Shown piece after piece: positions 26,592 to 39,079 of a stretch of DNA of 64,000 nt. The notes beneath the pieces are model-generated. The model was not told the origin of the DNA. It made no database searches and saw only the letters and a program-made list of their open reading frames with translations. How positions within the stretch are numbered: position 1 is the first letter of the stretch; each line of letters opens with the position of its first letter. This stretch comes from Mobula hypostoma. Lineage: Eukaryota. The stretch covers positions 139,190,001 to 139,254,000 of the forward strand of contig NC_086097.1 in assembly GCF_963921235.1 (NCBI RefSeq), in the 5' to 3' direction. The translations under genes were made by a program, and so were the position numbers.

Positions 26592-26809
26592 ACTTAAAAT
26601 GACCAAATTACATTGCCATTTCTTTATAATTTCAGAACATGAATTAAATCAGTCATTAAAATGGCTCCCAATTAAGGTTTCACATCTTTATTTTTGTGAC
26701 GTGCTTTCATGTCAATTTTTGATATGTTTCATTTTTTACGTTCTCAGCTAAGTAGGTTTTCTACACACCCTCATGAATTTTCCTGACAATGTTTAAAAAT
26801 GTTTGTTGA

Positions 26810-26815
26810 AATAAA
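26810..26815 (+). terminator. Likely ENY2 polyadenylation signal
   Basis: First AATAAA seen downstream of the stop (about 220 nt), in an AT-rich 3'UTR followed by T/GT-rich sequence. Confidence 0.55.
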
Positions 26816-27559
26816 ATTATTTTGACACAATTATTGCTGTGATATGCTTTAATCTTGCAAAACTTTTTGTTCAGTTAAGTATAGTTAGGTGTTCCTATCA
26901 CACTAGGTTTTTAGTCTGTAAAGTTGTTGCTGTGTAAAGGATCTGTTTCAAGCCTGAAAATCTTGGAAGCACTCACTTCATTAGAACTGAAAAGTGAGAA
27001 AAGAAGCTTGTTTTATGGTGCAGAGAGGAGAAGATGGGAAGAAGAAGTAGTATGTTGGTTTTAATCTAACAAATTTATCTACACCATCACATTTGCTTTT
27101 AAAAGTAGCATTGTAGATTGAAGAGAAAATAAAAAAGTACATAGCAATTCCCAGGGAAAAAAATTCCCAAACTACATTTGTAGAAGGCATAGTTCTAAGG
27201 TCGAAGAAGAAAGGTTTAAAGAACACCAAGGAGCAACTACAGAGAGTGGTGTGTATATACAAAATAAGCTGCTTAGGAATTACTTGAAGTAGGTACAATA
27301 ATAACATTTAATAGATATTTGGACAGATGCATGGATAGGAAGGGTTTATGGGCCAAATGCAGACTAGCTTAGATTGGAACCAGCCTCCTGTACATGGACT
27401 TTGTCTATACTTCTCGCTGCCTCAGTAAAGAAGCCAGCATAATCACAGACCCCAACCATGCTGGACATTCGCTTTTGTTCCCCACTCCCATCAGGTAGAA
27501 GATACAAAAGCCTGAAAGCACATAACACCGGGTTTAAGGACAGCTTTTATCATGTTGTT

Positions 27560-27888
27560 ATCAAATAGAGTATTGAGAACAGGTGTTGGGATGTTATGTT
27601 GAAGTTCTACAGTAAATGATGGTGAGGCAAAATTTGGAGTATTGTGTGCTGTTCTGGCCATCTACCTACAGAAAAGATATTAATAAGAGTGAAAAAAATA
27701 CAGAGAACATTTACAATGATGTCATTGGGACTTGAGGACTTCAGTTATAGGGATAGATTAATAGGTTAGGTCTTTATTCTCTGGAGTGTAGGAGAATGAG
27801 GGGAGATTTGATAGAGGTATACAAAATTATGAGGAGTATAGATAGGATATATGCAAGCAGGCTTTTTCCATTAAGGTTGGGTGTGACT
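27560..27888 (+). mobile_element. Host CR1 fragment, left half (split by the ERV)
   Basis: CR1 ORF2 C-terminal sequence ending in gggtgtGACT; it resumes at 39412 with GACTagaaa..aaggtgaaatat..gggggaacttc. Confidence 0.8.
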
Positions 27889-28297
27889 TGTTGGATGCTG
27901 ATATTTTTGATCCAAGGTTCTTTTGGAAGTCAAGAATGAGGCATAAAACTTGTTGCTTCACAATAGTTCATTAAGCGCTAAAAAAACAAAGATCGGGAAG
28001 AAAAGGTAGTGAGAATCTAAGAACAAAGAAGAAAGGGGGAAAAAAAAGATGGCGAGCCAACACGCTCTGCTCTTCTGAAAACCAGAGATAACAGGCATTC
28101 CATTCAGATTTGTAGATAAGAGTTAACCAATAAGATAGACCCTATTCAAATATTGCGATACTGAAGAAGTTTCCAGAAAGACACAAAACTGTAACCACTA
28201 GGGGATGCACTAAACAATTGCATATACACAGGTGATAGACACAAGGAAACATAGGAAAGGTAAACTGGAAAGAAAGCAATTATAGAGTCTAATCCAA
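27889..28297 (-). repeat. ERV 3' LTR
   Basis: Aligns with 39102-39411 (ggttcttttggaagtcaa, ctctgctcttct, tgtaacca, caattatagag.ctaatccaa). It is preceded on minus by the purine tract GGGGAAAGAA (28298-28307). Confidence 0.85.
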
Positions 28298-28409
28298 TTC
28301 TTTCCCCAGTACCACCCCCCCCCCCACCCCTGATTCTAAATCACACATTTAGAATTTGAACACTCAGAGGCAAATAAACTTGTGGTATCTACGGAAAGTT
28401 TATAATAAT

Positions 28410-28545
28410 CAGTCCTGATGAAGGGTCCCGGCCTGAAACATCAGCTATACTCTTTTCCATAGATGCCACCTGGCCTGCTGTGTTCCTCCAGCATCTTATG
28501 TGTGTTACTTGGATTTCCAGCATTTGTGGATTTTCACTTGTTTGT
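28410..28545 (+). mobile_element. Penelope-like 3' terminal fragment with hammerhead-like core, inserted in the ERV
   Basis: CAGTC-CTGATGA-AGGGTCCCGGCCT-GAAAC-ATC followed by the family's gatgccacctggcctgctg..ttccagcat tail. Confidence 0.8.
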
Positions 28546-28599
28546 AATCAAAAACTACATCACTTATGGAAATATTGAAGTGTATTCATAGGGTTATGT

Positions 28600-30365
28600 C
28601 GTTCGGTTGATTAGTAAGCACACTCGCATGAGTTTGAACTACGCTATTAATGATCACCCTTTACAAGTAAAAAAGATGTAAATTATGATAAAGCATATCA
28701 AGACAAATAATATGACTTGCAATAATGAGTAACCCCAGTTTCCTAGTTTAAATGAATCTAGCCAAAGAAATCCCTTCCACCAGATTGATGTATTTTAGCT
28801 GCTTCTTTACAAATATGGTCAGCCAAATCAGTTATGGCTTCAGACTCGTCAGTTATGTAAGTACAACACTCCTTGCACATGTTCCTCTCCCCCATAACTT
28901 CTAAGAGAAGATCTAATGCCATACAATTTTAAAGAACCATCTTGCGCATGGTGACTATTTCTGTTGCTACTTCTGAAGTTATCAGAAGTCATTCGTTCCC
29001 CTTTCTATAGCCACAACAACATTTTTAACCTCTCTTATACTCCTTGCAATACCATAAAATGCAAACTAACTTCTTCTGAAATGTCTTGTTTATTTCTAGA
29101 CTTAGGAGGTAAACATGAAGTCTGTATATATCTCAAAGTAGGAAAGACATACCCCAAATAATAAGATCCTAACTAATTATGTGGTAGAGAGGAATCAACC
29201 CCATTTCCACACATAAAGAATGTATTATTTCATGAATTTATACCATTTGTTATCACTTGACAGAAGCCTTGTTGAATTGAAATATTTTTCTGATGGATAT
29301 TGTCAATGAATATTCCAGAGTCATTACCTCATTTAGTACAATGTAAAGTATAATTGCATGAACTATGTCCTACTGGAATGGTACCTACTGAACTCAAGCA
29401 AAAGGTAACTTTTATAGCGAATACCTGAATAGCTTTATTGCAAACAGTAGAGTGAGATATGATATGATTCCCTAAATCATGCTGATTATATTTACATAAA
29501 TGATCGTTCAAGACAGTATATAGGGGGCATAATCATCGTATAATTGTGACTCCCTTGAGAATAATTAATCTTGAGCTTAATACTAATATTGCCATTACTG
29601 GGTTATGATAATGAACTTTGCTTAAGAAAGAAGGTGTATGTTCTGGATCTGTAGGAATGCTTAGCATTGGTGATTTAATTTTTTTTTCATTTAGGGGATA
29701 TGGGTATTGCCAGATAAGCCAGCATTTATTGCCCATAACTGCTGCAGTCCCTGAGGTGTAGGCAATATGTTTCCAAGTCAGGATGGTGAGTGACTTGGAA
29801 GGGGATTTCAAAGTGGTGGTGTTCCCAAGTATCTGCTGTTCTCATCCTTCTAGATGGTAATGGTCGTGGGTCTGGAAGGTGCTAGCTTAGGAACTTTTGT
29901 GTGTTGTTGCAGTGCATCTTGTAGATAGTAGATGCTGCTGCAACTGTTTGTCGTTGGTGGGATTGGATGCTTGTGGAAGAGATATCAATCAAGTATGTTG
30001 CCTTGGACTGGATGGTGTCAAGCTTCTTGAGTCTTGATGGAACTGCACTCATCCAGGTGCGTGGTGAGTATTCAATTGCACTCCTGACCTGAACCTTGTA
30101 GATGGTGAACAGGCTTTGGGGAGTCAGGAGGTAAGTAACATGCTGCAGGATTCCTAGCCTTTGACCTGCTCTGGTAGCCAAAGTGTTTATATGACTAGAA
30201 GTGTGTGGTATATATTGACATACCCAACAGCTAGAGGCATTAACAGCATCAGCAAATTCATATGATATTTTGTAAGTATACATTATGAGTGATCTCAATT
30301 GGCACATTGTGAATGGGAGGAATTGGCAAAAATATAACAACAAATAATATTGGAATAAACTTCAT
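28600..30365 (-). pseudogene. ERV env remnant, gamma-type
   Basis: Signal-like MKFIPILFVVIFLP (ATG 30365); SU CWVC motif; FFMCGNG..LPHN*LGSYYLG; decayed furin site RNKQ (29086-29097); ISD-like L*NCMALDLLL; C..CC motif (MCKECC); TM helix YSLLQVILFVLICFIIIYIFF. Confidence 0.85.
29680..30195 (-). mobile_element. L2/CR1-group LINE 3' fragment inserted in env
   Basis: ORF 29882-30343 switches from env (CWVCQYIPHTSS) to LINE RT C-terminus (RAGQRLGIL..LFTIYKVQVRSAIEYSP..LDTIQ). Confidence 0.75.
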
Positions 30366-30529
30366 AATGTCCTGTAGTTGTGGATTCTGTTTGAGGTCTT
30401 CTGGCTGGTTAGTGATTTGCTCACTGTATAGACACTGAGTTGAAGGTTACTGGCACATTAACCACAGGTTAATTATCCTTATTGGATACAACTTTAGCTC
30501 GCTTGTAGTGGCTGTTATGTATTCACTTA

Positions 30530-32745
30530 TTTTTACCTTATACTTTCACCACTGAGTTAGTCATTAACAGCACTTGATAAGAACCTTCCCATCAGCCTTC
30601 CATTGGTTACTTATGCAGTTTCTTACTCGGGATCCAGGGTGTGTCCTCCTCCTCTTGGATCACTCCAAGTGATGGAAACCTGTTGAGAAGCAGACTGGAC
30701 ATCTAGGGTTAATTTCACACAACAGTTGATAAACTGTCTGCGTACTGTGTATATCAGCCTCCCTGAGATCAAGAACTCCCGGCAGTGTCATAGAATGCCC
30801 TGTTACTTTATTGAATGGACTTAATTTAGTTTTCCTGTTGGGGTTGCTCTGATGCTATATAAGACCATAGGAAGAGTCATAGGCCATGGTACACCTTCTT
30901 CATGGTAATTAGTCATTGTTTGATGGTTCCATTCATTTGTTCAACTTGTCCTCATGATTCTAGATGATGTGGACAATGAAAAGACCATTCAATGTTCATC
31001 ATTCAACATAATTCCTGACAAACATTCCCAGTGTAATGTGTTCTTTGATCAGAGCTGATGTGACATAGCAATCCCCATCCAGGAATAGAGTCCTTGATCA
31101 GAGTTTTTGCTGTGTGTAACTTTCTGGAACAGCTTTCACCTATCTTGAAAACTTGTCAACTTGTCCACTATTACCAGTGCATCAGAGTATCTTTGACACT
31201 TAGGAAAAGTAACGTAGTCCATTTCTAAGTATATAAGTGGACCAGGTTGGACAAGAACAGTTAATTGTGGTAGCATTTCCACTTCTCCAGGATTTGTTTT
31301 CTGGCATGTCATGCATCTTTCAAACATTTATCGAGCTCGTGCTCTGCATTTTGGATTCCACCACCATTGGGAGAACCTGTTGATAATCTTTTCCTCTCCA
31401 ATGTGTCCCTAGGCAGTGTATTGTACCTGCTGTGCCAGATAAGGAAGCAATGTAGTTGGAGCTACTAGACTATGATAGTGCCACATCTCCGTGCTCCATC
31501 ACAGTTGAACCTTCCACCATTTTCCATCCAGAACGAAATTTCTTGTTTGGAGAATTGAGCTTGCTCTCTCAAATATCTTGTAACTTAGCTTCCATAATTT
31601 CAGTTGTCAAATTTACTGCATATGTTTTCAGTACTTCATTTAATTATTTGAACTTTTTAAAATTTCTTTTATTTCTTTTACCCCTTCCCGTGCTGTCCTT
31701 TTGGCAATCTCATCCACAAATGCATTTCCATAACTTTTCATTGAAATCATTTTGGAGTGGCTTTTTCATTTTAATACAGCTATTCCTGAAGACAATTCTA
31801 TGACATTCATGTGCTCTTATACTAGTTGACCATTCTTGATTGGGCATCCAGCCGTTCAAGTTCCCTCCCAATCATTGAGGAGCCATCGGTGTACAAAATC
31901 AGATCTTTGGCAAAGTAATAACCAACAAAAACAATGTTGGTCTCCATGTTATTGAGTTAAAACTGCCATCATCTGTCTCTCATTGACATACAGGGTAAAT
32001 GGTTTGCCTGTATCAGGGATTCATAATGCAGGTGCAGTACTCAATATCACCTTTAAAGTTTGAAATGCATCTTGAAAGTTGTTCTTTATTACGATCATAG
32101 GGTGGTCTGAGCACTTACTGCCTTTCAGCAGATCGTTGAATGGTTGGGCAATTTCAGCATATGAATTGATCCATGCTCTGCCGTATTTACACAAACCCAA
32201 AAATGATCAGAGTTGCTGGACTGTTACAGGTGGTGTTGCTGTCTTATTGGCTTTTGCATGACCCTCAGTGATTTCCTGCTTATCTTGGGAAATTTTCTGC
32301 CCCATGTAAATTACTTCTCCTTGCCTAGATTTGCTTTATGATCCTTGTAGGGTAGATAATTGAGCAAATAAATCGCATGTTCACGCCGGTCTGCAACTTC
32401 GGATACAATCAGGACATCGTCCACATATTGTACGATAGTCGAATCAATGGCTGATAAGTCCCTCAGATATTGTCTCAAAGCCATGTGATAGACAGTGGGA
32501 TTGTTGTGGAGCCCTTGTGGTAGCCTCATCCACTGGTATTGTTGACCATCAACTGTGAAAGCTAACCACGGTTGATATTCAGACGCTAGCTGTACAGTCT
32601 AGAATCCATTGGCCATGTCAATAACTGTAAACAACTTGTGTGATGGCTTCATGACATTAAAAATAGTTGATGGATCTGCCACTCGCAGGGCTAGCTTGTC
32701 AATATATTGATTAACAACCCAGTAATTCACTGTCAGTCTCCTTTC
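30530..32745 (-). pseudogene. ERV pol remnant (RT, RNase H, integrase)
   Basis: RLTVNY..FTVIDMANGF*..LAFTVDGQQYQWMRLPQGLHNNP..QYVDD (32311-32740); FLGLCKYGRAWINSYAEIAQP; LYTDGSS (~31890); integrase H..CMTCQKTNP..MDYV..LVIVDK, ISSDQ, EGSYQVLL. Many stops and frameshifts. Confidence 0.88.
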
Positions 32746-32979
32746 ATTGGTTTCATCTTCAATCCTGCGTGTCTTCACTTCCTTGGTCTTTATTGGAGCA
32801 ACCTATTGCTTCATCACTGTCATCCTCATTTGAGTCACTAGAGGCCAGTGCAGAGTGCCTGTGATATCTCTGCTGTAATTCATAGAAACATAGAAACATA
32901 GAAAATAGGTGCAGGAGTAGGCCATTCGGCCCTTCGAGCCTGCACCGCCATTTATTATGATCATGGCTGATCATCCAAC

Positions 32980-35968
32980 TCAGAACCCAGCCTTCCCTCC
33001 ATACCCCGTGACCCCTGTAGCCACAAGGGCCATATCTAACTTCCTTTTAAACATAGCTAATGAACTGGCCTCAACAGTTTGCTGTGGCAGAGAATTCCAC
33101 AGATTCACCACTCTCTGTGTGAAGAAGTTTTTCCTAACCTCGGTCCTAAAAGGCTTCCCCTCTATCCTCAAACTGTGACCCCTCGTTCTAGACCTCCCCA
33201 ACATCGGGAACAATCTTCCCGCATCTAGCCTGTCCAATCCCTTTAGGATCTTATACGTTTCAATCAGATCCCCCCTCAATCTTCTAAATTCCAACGAGTA
33301 CAAGCCCAGTTCATCCAGTCTTTCTTCATATGAAAGACCTGCCATCCCAGGAATCAATCTGGTGAACCTTCTTTGTACTCCCTCTATGGCAAGGATGTCT
33401 TTCCTCAGATTAGGGGACCAAAACTGCACACAATACTCCAGGTGTGGTCTCACCAAGGCCTTGTACAACTGCAGTAGTACCTCCCTGCTCCTGTACTCGA
33501 ATCCTCTCGCTATAAATGCCAGCATACCGTTCGCCTTTTTCACCGCCTGCTGTACCTGCATGCCCACTTTCAATGACTGGTGTATAATGACACCCAGGTC
33601 TCGTTGCACCTCCCCTTTTCCTAATCGGCCACCATTCAGATAATAATCTGTTTTCCTATTTTTGCCACCAAAGTGGATAACTTCACATTTATCCACATTA
33701 AATTGCATCTGCCATGAGTTTGCCCACTCACCCAACCTATCCAAGTCACCCTGCATCCTCCTCACTGCTAACACTGCCACCCAGCTTCGTGTCATCCGCA
33801 AACTTGGAGATGCTGCATTTAATTCCCTCATCCAAGTCATTAATATATATTGTAAACAACTGGGGTCCCAGCACTGAGCCTTGCGGTACCCCACTAGTCA
33901 CCGCCTGCCATTCTGAAAAGGTCCCGTTTATTCCCACTCTTTGCTTCCTGTCTGCTAACCAATTCTCCACCCACACCAATACCTTACCCCCAATACCATG
34001 TGCTTTAAGTTTGCACACTAATCTCCTGTGTGGGACCTTGTCAAAAGCCTTTTGAAAATCCAAATATACCACATCCACTGGTTCTCCCCTATCCACTCTA
34101 CTAGTTACATCCTCAAAAAATTCTATGAGATTCGTCAGACATGATTTTCCTTTCACAAATCCATGCTGACTTTGTCCGATCATTTCACCGCTTTCCAAAT
34201 GTGCTGTTATCACATCCTTGATAACTGACTCCAGCAGTTTCCCCACCACCGACGTTAGGCTAACCGGCCTATAATTCCCCGGTTTCTCTCTCCCTCCTTT
34301 TTTAAAAAGTGGGGTTACATTAGCCACCCTCCAATCCTCAGGAACTAGTCCAGAATCTAACGAGTTTTGAAAAATTATCACTAATGCATCCACTATTTCT
34401 TGGGCCACTTCCTTAAGCACTCTGGGATGCAGACCATCTGGCCCTGGGGATTTATCTGCCTTCAATCCCTTCAATTTACCTAACACCACTTCCCTACTAA
34501 CATGTATTTCGCTCAGTTCCTCCATCTCACTGGACCCTCTGTCCCTTACTATTTCTGGAAGATTATTTATGTCCTCCTTAGTGAAGACAGAACCAAAGTA
34601 ATTATTCAATTGGTCTGCCATGTCCTTGCTCCCCATAATCAATTCACCTGTTTCTGTTTGCAGGGGACCTACATTTGTCTTTATCAGTCTTTTCCTTTTT
34701 ACATATCTATAAAAGCTTTTACAGTCCGTTTTTATGTTCTCTGCCAGTTTTCTCTCATAATCTTTTTTCCCCTTCCTAATTAAGCCCTTTGTCCTCCTCT
34801 GCTGAACTCTGAATTTCTCCCAGTCCTCAGGTGAGCCACTTTCTCTGGCTAATTTGTATGCTACTTCTTTGGAATTGATACTATCCCTAATTTCTCTTGT
34901 CAGCCACGGGTGCACTACCTTCCTTGATTTATTCTTTTGCCAAACTGGGATGAACAATTGTTGTAGTTCATCCATGCAACCTTTAAATGCCTGCCATTGC
35001 ATATCCACCGTCAATCCTTGAAGTGTCATTTGCCAGTCTATCTTAGCTAATTCATGTCTCATACCTTCAAAGTTACCCCTCTTTAAGTTCAGAACCTTTG
35101 TTTCTGAATTAACTACGTCACTCTCCATGTTAATGAAGAATTCCACCATATTATGGTCACTCTTACCCAAGGGGCCTCTCACGACAAGATCGCTAATTAA
35201 CCCTTCCTCATTGCTCAAAACCCAGTCCAGAATAGCCTGCTCTCTAGTCGGTTCCTCGACATGTTGGTTCAAAAAACCATCCCGCATACATTCCAAGAAA
35301 TCCTCTTCCTCAGCACCTTTACCAATTTGGTTCACCCAGTCTACATGTAGATTGAAGTCACCCATTATAACTGCTGTTCCTTTATTGCACACATTTCTAA
35401 TTTCCTGTTTAATACCATCTCCGACCTCACTACTACTGTTAGGTGGCCTGTACACAACTCCCAGCAGCGTCTTCTGCCCCTTAGTGTTACGCAGCTCTAC
35501 CCATATCGATTCCACATCTTCCCGGCTTATGTCCTTCCTTTCTATTGCGTTAATCTCTTTTTTAACCAGCAACGCCACCCCACCTCCCCTTCCTTCGTGT
35601 CTATCCCTCCTGAATATTGAATATCCCTGAACGTTGAGCTCCCATCCCTGGTCACCCTGGAGCCATGTCTCTGTGATCCCAACTATATCATAATCATTAA
35701 TAACAATCTGCACTTTCAATTCATCCACCTTATTACGAATGCTCCTTGCATTGACACATAAAGCCTTCAGGCGCTCTTTTACAACTCTCTTAGCCCTTTT
35801 TAATGCTTGCCCTGGATTTGTCGGCCTGCCACTTTTACTTTTCCCCTTTGTACTTTTTGCTTCTACGCTCACTTTACACTCCTCTGTCTCTCTGCACTGG
35901 TTCCCATCCCTCTGTTGTGAACTAACCTCCTCACACCTAGCCGCTTTAATTTGATTCCCACCCCCCAA
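32980..35968 (-). pseudogene. CR1 ORF2p (APE endonuclease + RT) with a single frameshift near 33755
   Basis: NARSI, GITETW, GDFN, SDHN (EN); [29 protein letters not shown] (RT). ORF 33746-35968 continues in another frame as 32980-33894. Confidence 0.93.
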
Positions 35969-35973
35969 CCATT

Positions 35974-36891
35974 CTAGTTTAAAGTCACCTCAGTAGCCCC
36001 CGCTAATCTCCCTGCCAGGATATTGGTCCCCCTAGGATTTAAGTGTAACCCGTCCTTTTTGTACAGGTCACACCTACGCCAAAAGAGGTCCCAATGATCC
36101 AAAAACTTGAATCCCTGCCCCCTGCTCCAATCCCTCAGCCACGCATTTATCCTCCACCTCATCGCATTCCTACTCTCACTGTCGCGTGGCACAGGCAGTA
36201 ATCCCGAGATTACTACCTTTGCGGTCCTTTTTCTCAACTCCCTTCCTAGCTCCCTATATTCTTCTTTCAGGACCTCATCCCTTTTCCTACCTATGTCATT
36301 GGTACCTATATGTACCAGGACCTCTGGCTCTTCACCCTCCCACTTCAGGATATCTTGGACACGATCAGAAATATCCCGGACCCTGGCACCAGGGAGGCAA
36401 ACTACCATCCGAGTCTCTGGACTGCGTCCACAGAATCGCCTATCTGACCCCCTTACTATCGAGTCCCCTATCACAACTGCCCTCCTCTTCCTTGCCCTAC
36501 CCTTCTGAGCTACAGGGCCAGACTCTGTGCCGGAGGCAGGGCCACTGTCGCTTCCCCCGGGTAAGCTGTCCCCCCCAACAGTACTCAAACAGGAGTACCT
36601 GTTGTTAAGGGGCACAGCCGCCGGGGTACTCCTCATCACCTGCCTTTTCCCCTTCCCTCTCCTAACCGTGACCCACTTGTCTGCCTCCCGTGGCCCCGGC
36701 GTGACCACCTGCCTTCCACTCCTCTCTATCACCTCCTCGCTCTCCCTGACCAGACGAAGGTCATCGAGCTGCAGCTCCAGTTCCGTAACGCGGTCCCTTA
36801 GGAGCTGCATCTCGATGCACTTGGCGCAGATGTAGACGTCCGGGAGGCTTGGAGACTCCAGGGCCTCCCACATCCGACACCGAGAACAGCA
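35974..36891 (-). CDS. CR1 ORF1p: zinc finger/coiled coil + SGNH esterase domain (N-terminus truncated)
   Basis: CCSRC..CAKC, leucine heptads, SGNH blocks [15 protein letters not shown] and DGLHLN. Confidence 0.9.
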   Translation of the reverse strand, partial: CCSRCRMWEALESPSLPDVYICAKCIEMQLLRDRVTELELQLDDLRLVRESEEVIERSGRQVVTPGPREADKWVTVRRGKGKRQVMRSTPAAVPLNNRYSCLSTVGGDSLPGGSDSGPASGTESGPVAQKGRARKRRAVVIGDSIVRGSDRRFCGRSPETRMVVCLPGARVRDISDRVQDILKWEGEEPEVLVHIGTNDIGRKRDEVLKEEYRELGRELRKRTAKVVISGLLPVPRDSESRNAMRWRINAWLRDWSRGQGFKFLDHWDLFWRRCDLYKKDGLHLNPRGTNILAGRLAGATEVTLN

Positions 36892-37799
36892 ACTTGGTGT
36901 TCAGATGGTGTTGATGCCTCGGACTATTGTCCAAGGTAGGTTGCAATTCCTCACAGTTCAGATGGTGGCGTTATCTCAATGGACTGACCAATGTCAGGGT
37001 TTTTCCCCAAGAAGTGTCCACTGGCAGGACCGTCCCCCTGATGACCCTCCTGAGCTTTCTCATATTGCTTCAGTTCGTCAAAGTTCTGCGCAAAGCACTT
37101 CAATTCAATTACACTCATTATGTTGTTTTTTCACTCCTTCAATAAATGTAGAAATTTGCTCTTTAGGCATTTTACTGTCTAATATACTGCTTTTGTAGTT
37201 ATCACAAATTTCCTGTTTCTTTCCCTATTGTTTAATTAACTTCCTGACTTTGCTTTGCTAACTTTTTCACTTGATCACACATTCAATCAAACTGACCAGA
37301 TGTTCTTATCTGTAACTCACATATTCCAGCTTTTCCCTTTCCCTCAAACATTCTCTGGATCCTTTCACATACCTTCCTAATAAACTTAACATTGATTACT
37401 TATCCAGGTTTTTTCATTAATCTTATTAAACTGAGATATTTATATTCAGGTAGGAGCTTTGGCCAATGTCTTAATTCAGTCGTATGTAACACTTAATTTG
37501 TATGCACTTTTTATCACTTTGACTGCAATCCAAAATATTTTCGGATTGCAAACAAAATATTGCCACTAGAGTGCAACTGAAGTATAAATAGATTGTAACC
37601 CAAACATCGCGAGATTGCAAATGAAACTTCATTAGGTTGTTACAGATCTGTTTTTTTTTCCAGAATAGCAACATATAGTTTCCTCACTCTTAAACCCACC
37701 AGTTGTTGTATTGAAGCAGATCTAGGTGGGTTATCTTGGATGATTTGGAATTATAGAGGAGACTCTTACCTCCTTTTGTATGTGCACTAATGTTTCCAC

Positions 37800-39053
37800 T
37801 TTCAGCAGTTAGTACCATCATTCCTACAATCCTGATTGAGAAGTTGCAGATCCTGGGCCTCTAAACCTCCCTCTGCAATTGGATCCTTGACTTCCTAACC
37901 GTAAAACCACAGTCTGTGCGGATAGGTGATAACATATCCTCTTCGCTGACGATCAACACTGGTGCACCTCAGGGGTGTGTGCTGAGCCCACTGCTCTACT
38001 CTCTATATACCCATGGCTGTGTGGCTAGGCATAGCTCAAATACCATCTATAAATTTTCTGACAATACAGCCCTTGTTGGTAGAATCTCAGGTGGTGATGA
38101 GAGGGTGTACAGGAATGAGATATGCCAACTAGTGGAGTAGTGCCACAGTAACAACCTGGCACTCAACGTCAGTAAGACGACAGAGCTGATTGTGGACTTC
38201 AGGAAGGGTAAGACAAAGGAGCACATACCAATCCTCACAGAGGGATCAGAAGTGGGGAGAGTGAGCAGCTTCAAGTTCCTGGGTGTCAAGATCTCTGACC
38301 ATCTAACTTGGTCCCAACATATCGATGTAGTTATCAAGAAGGCAAGACAGCGGCTATACTTTATCAGGAGTTTGAAGAGTCAAGTCAAGTGAAGTTTATT
38401 GTCATTTCGACTATAAGCTGCTGCTACAGTACACAGTAAAAATGAAACAATGTTCCTCCAGGACCGTGGTCCAGATTTGGCATGTCAACAAATACTCTCA
38501 AAAACTTCTATAGATGTACTGTGGAGAGCATTCTGACAGGCTGCATCACTGTGTGGTATGGGGGGGCTACTGCACAGGACCGAAAGAAGCTGCAGAAGGT
38601 TGTAAATCTAGTCAGCTCCATCTTGGGTACTAGCCTACAAAGTACCCAGGACATCTTCAGGGGGCGGTGTCTCAGAAAGGCAGCATCCATTATTAAGGAC
38701 CTCCAGCACCCAGGGCATGCCCTTTTCTCACTGTTACCATCAGGTAGGAGGTACAGAAGCCTGAAGGCACACACTCAGCAATTCAGGAACAGCTTCTTCC
38801 CCTCTGCCATCCGATTCCTAAATGGACATTGAATCTTTGGACACTACCTCACTTTTAATATACAATATTTCTGTTTTTTCAAATCTATTCAATAGACGTA
38901 ATTGATTTACTTGTTTATTTATCATTATTATTTTTATTCATTTATGATTATTATTACTTTTTCTCTGCTAGATTATGTATTGCATTGAACTGCTGCTGCT
39001 AAGTTAACAAATTTCACGTCACATGCCGGTGATAATAAACCTGATTCTGATTC
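37800..39053 (+). mobile_element. Rex1-like LINE 3' portion inserted in the ERV leader/gag region
   Basis: [41 protein letters not shown]; tail aataaacctgattctgattct; short inverted LINE-tail insert at ~38380-38472. Confidence 0.85.
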
Positions 39054-39079
39054 TTCAGAGTCCTTAAATTTTTGCAACC

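Larger units (their letters stand above)
32881..36891 (-). mobile_element. Young, nearly intact CR1 LINE (5' end truncated within ORF1)
   Basis: Stop-free ORF1 and ORF2 apart from one frameshift; 8-bp tail (TTTCTATG)3; CpG retained. Confidence 0.95.

Noticed and set aside
29882-30343. 153-aa env-LINE fusion protein
   Set aside because: A chance in-frame junction between decayed env and an inserted LINE fragment; surrounding env has stops and frameshifts.
28600-30365. Domesticated, syncytin-like env
   Set aside because: Stop in the ISD, mutated furin site, frameshifts and a LINE insertion show neutral decay.
33362-36835. Plus-strand ORFs of 90-170 aa (e.g. 35127-35630, 36107-36508)
   Set aside because: Antisense shadows of the CR1 ORFs with no recognisable motifs.
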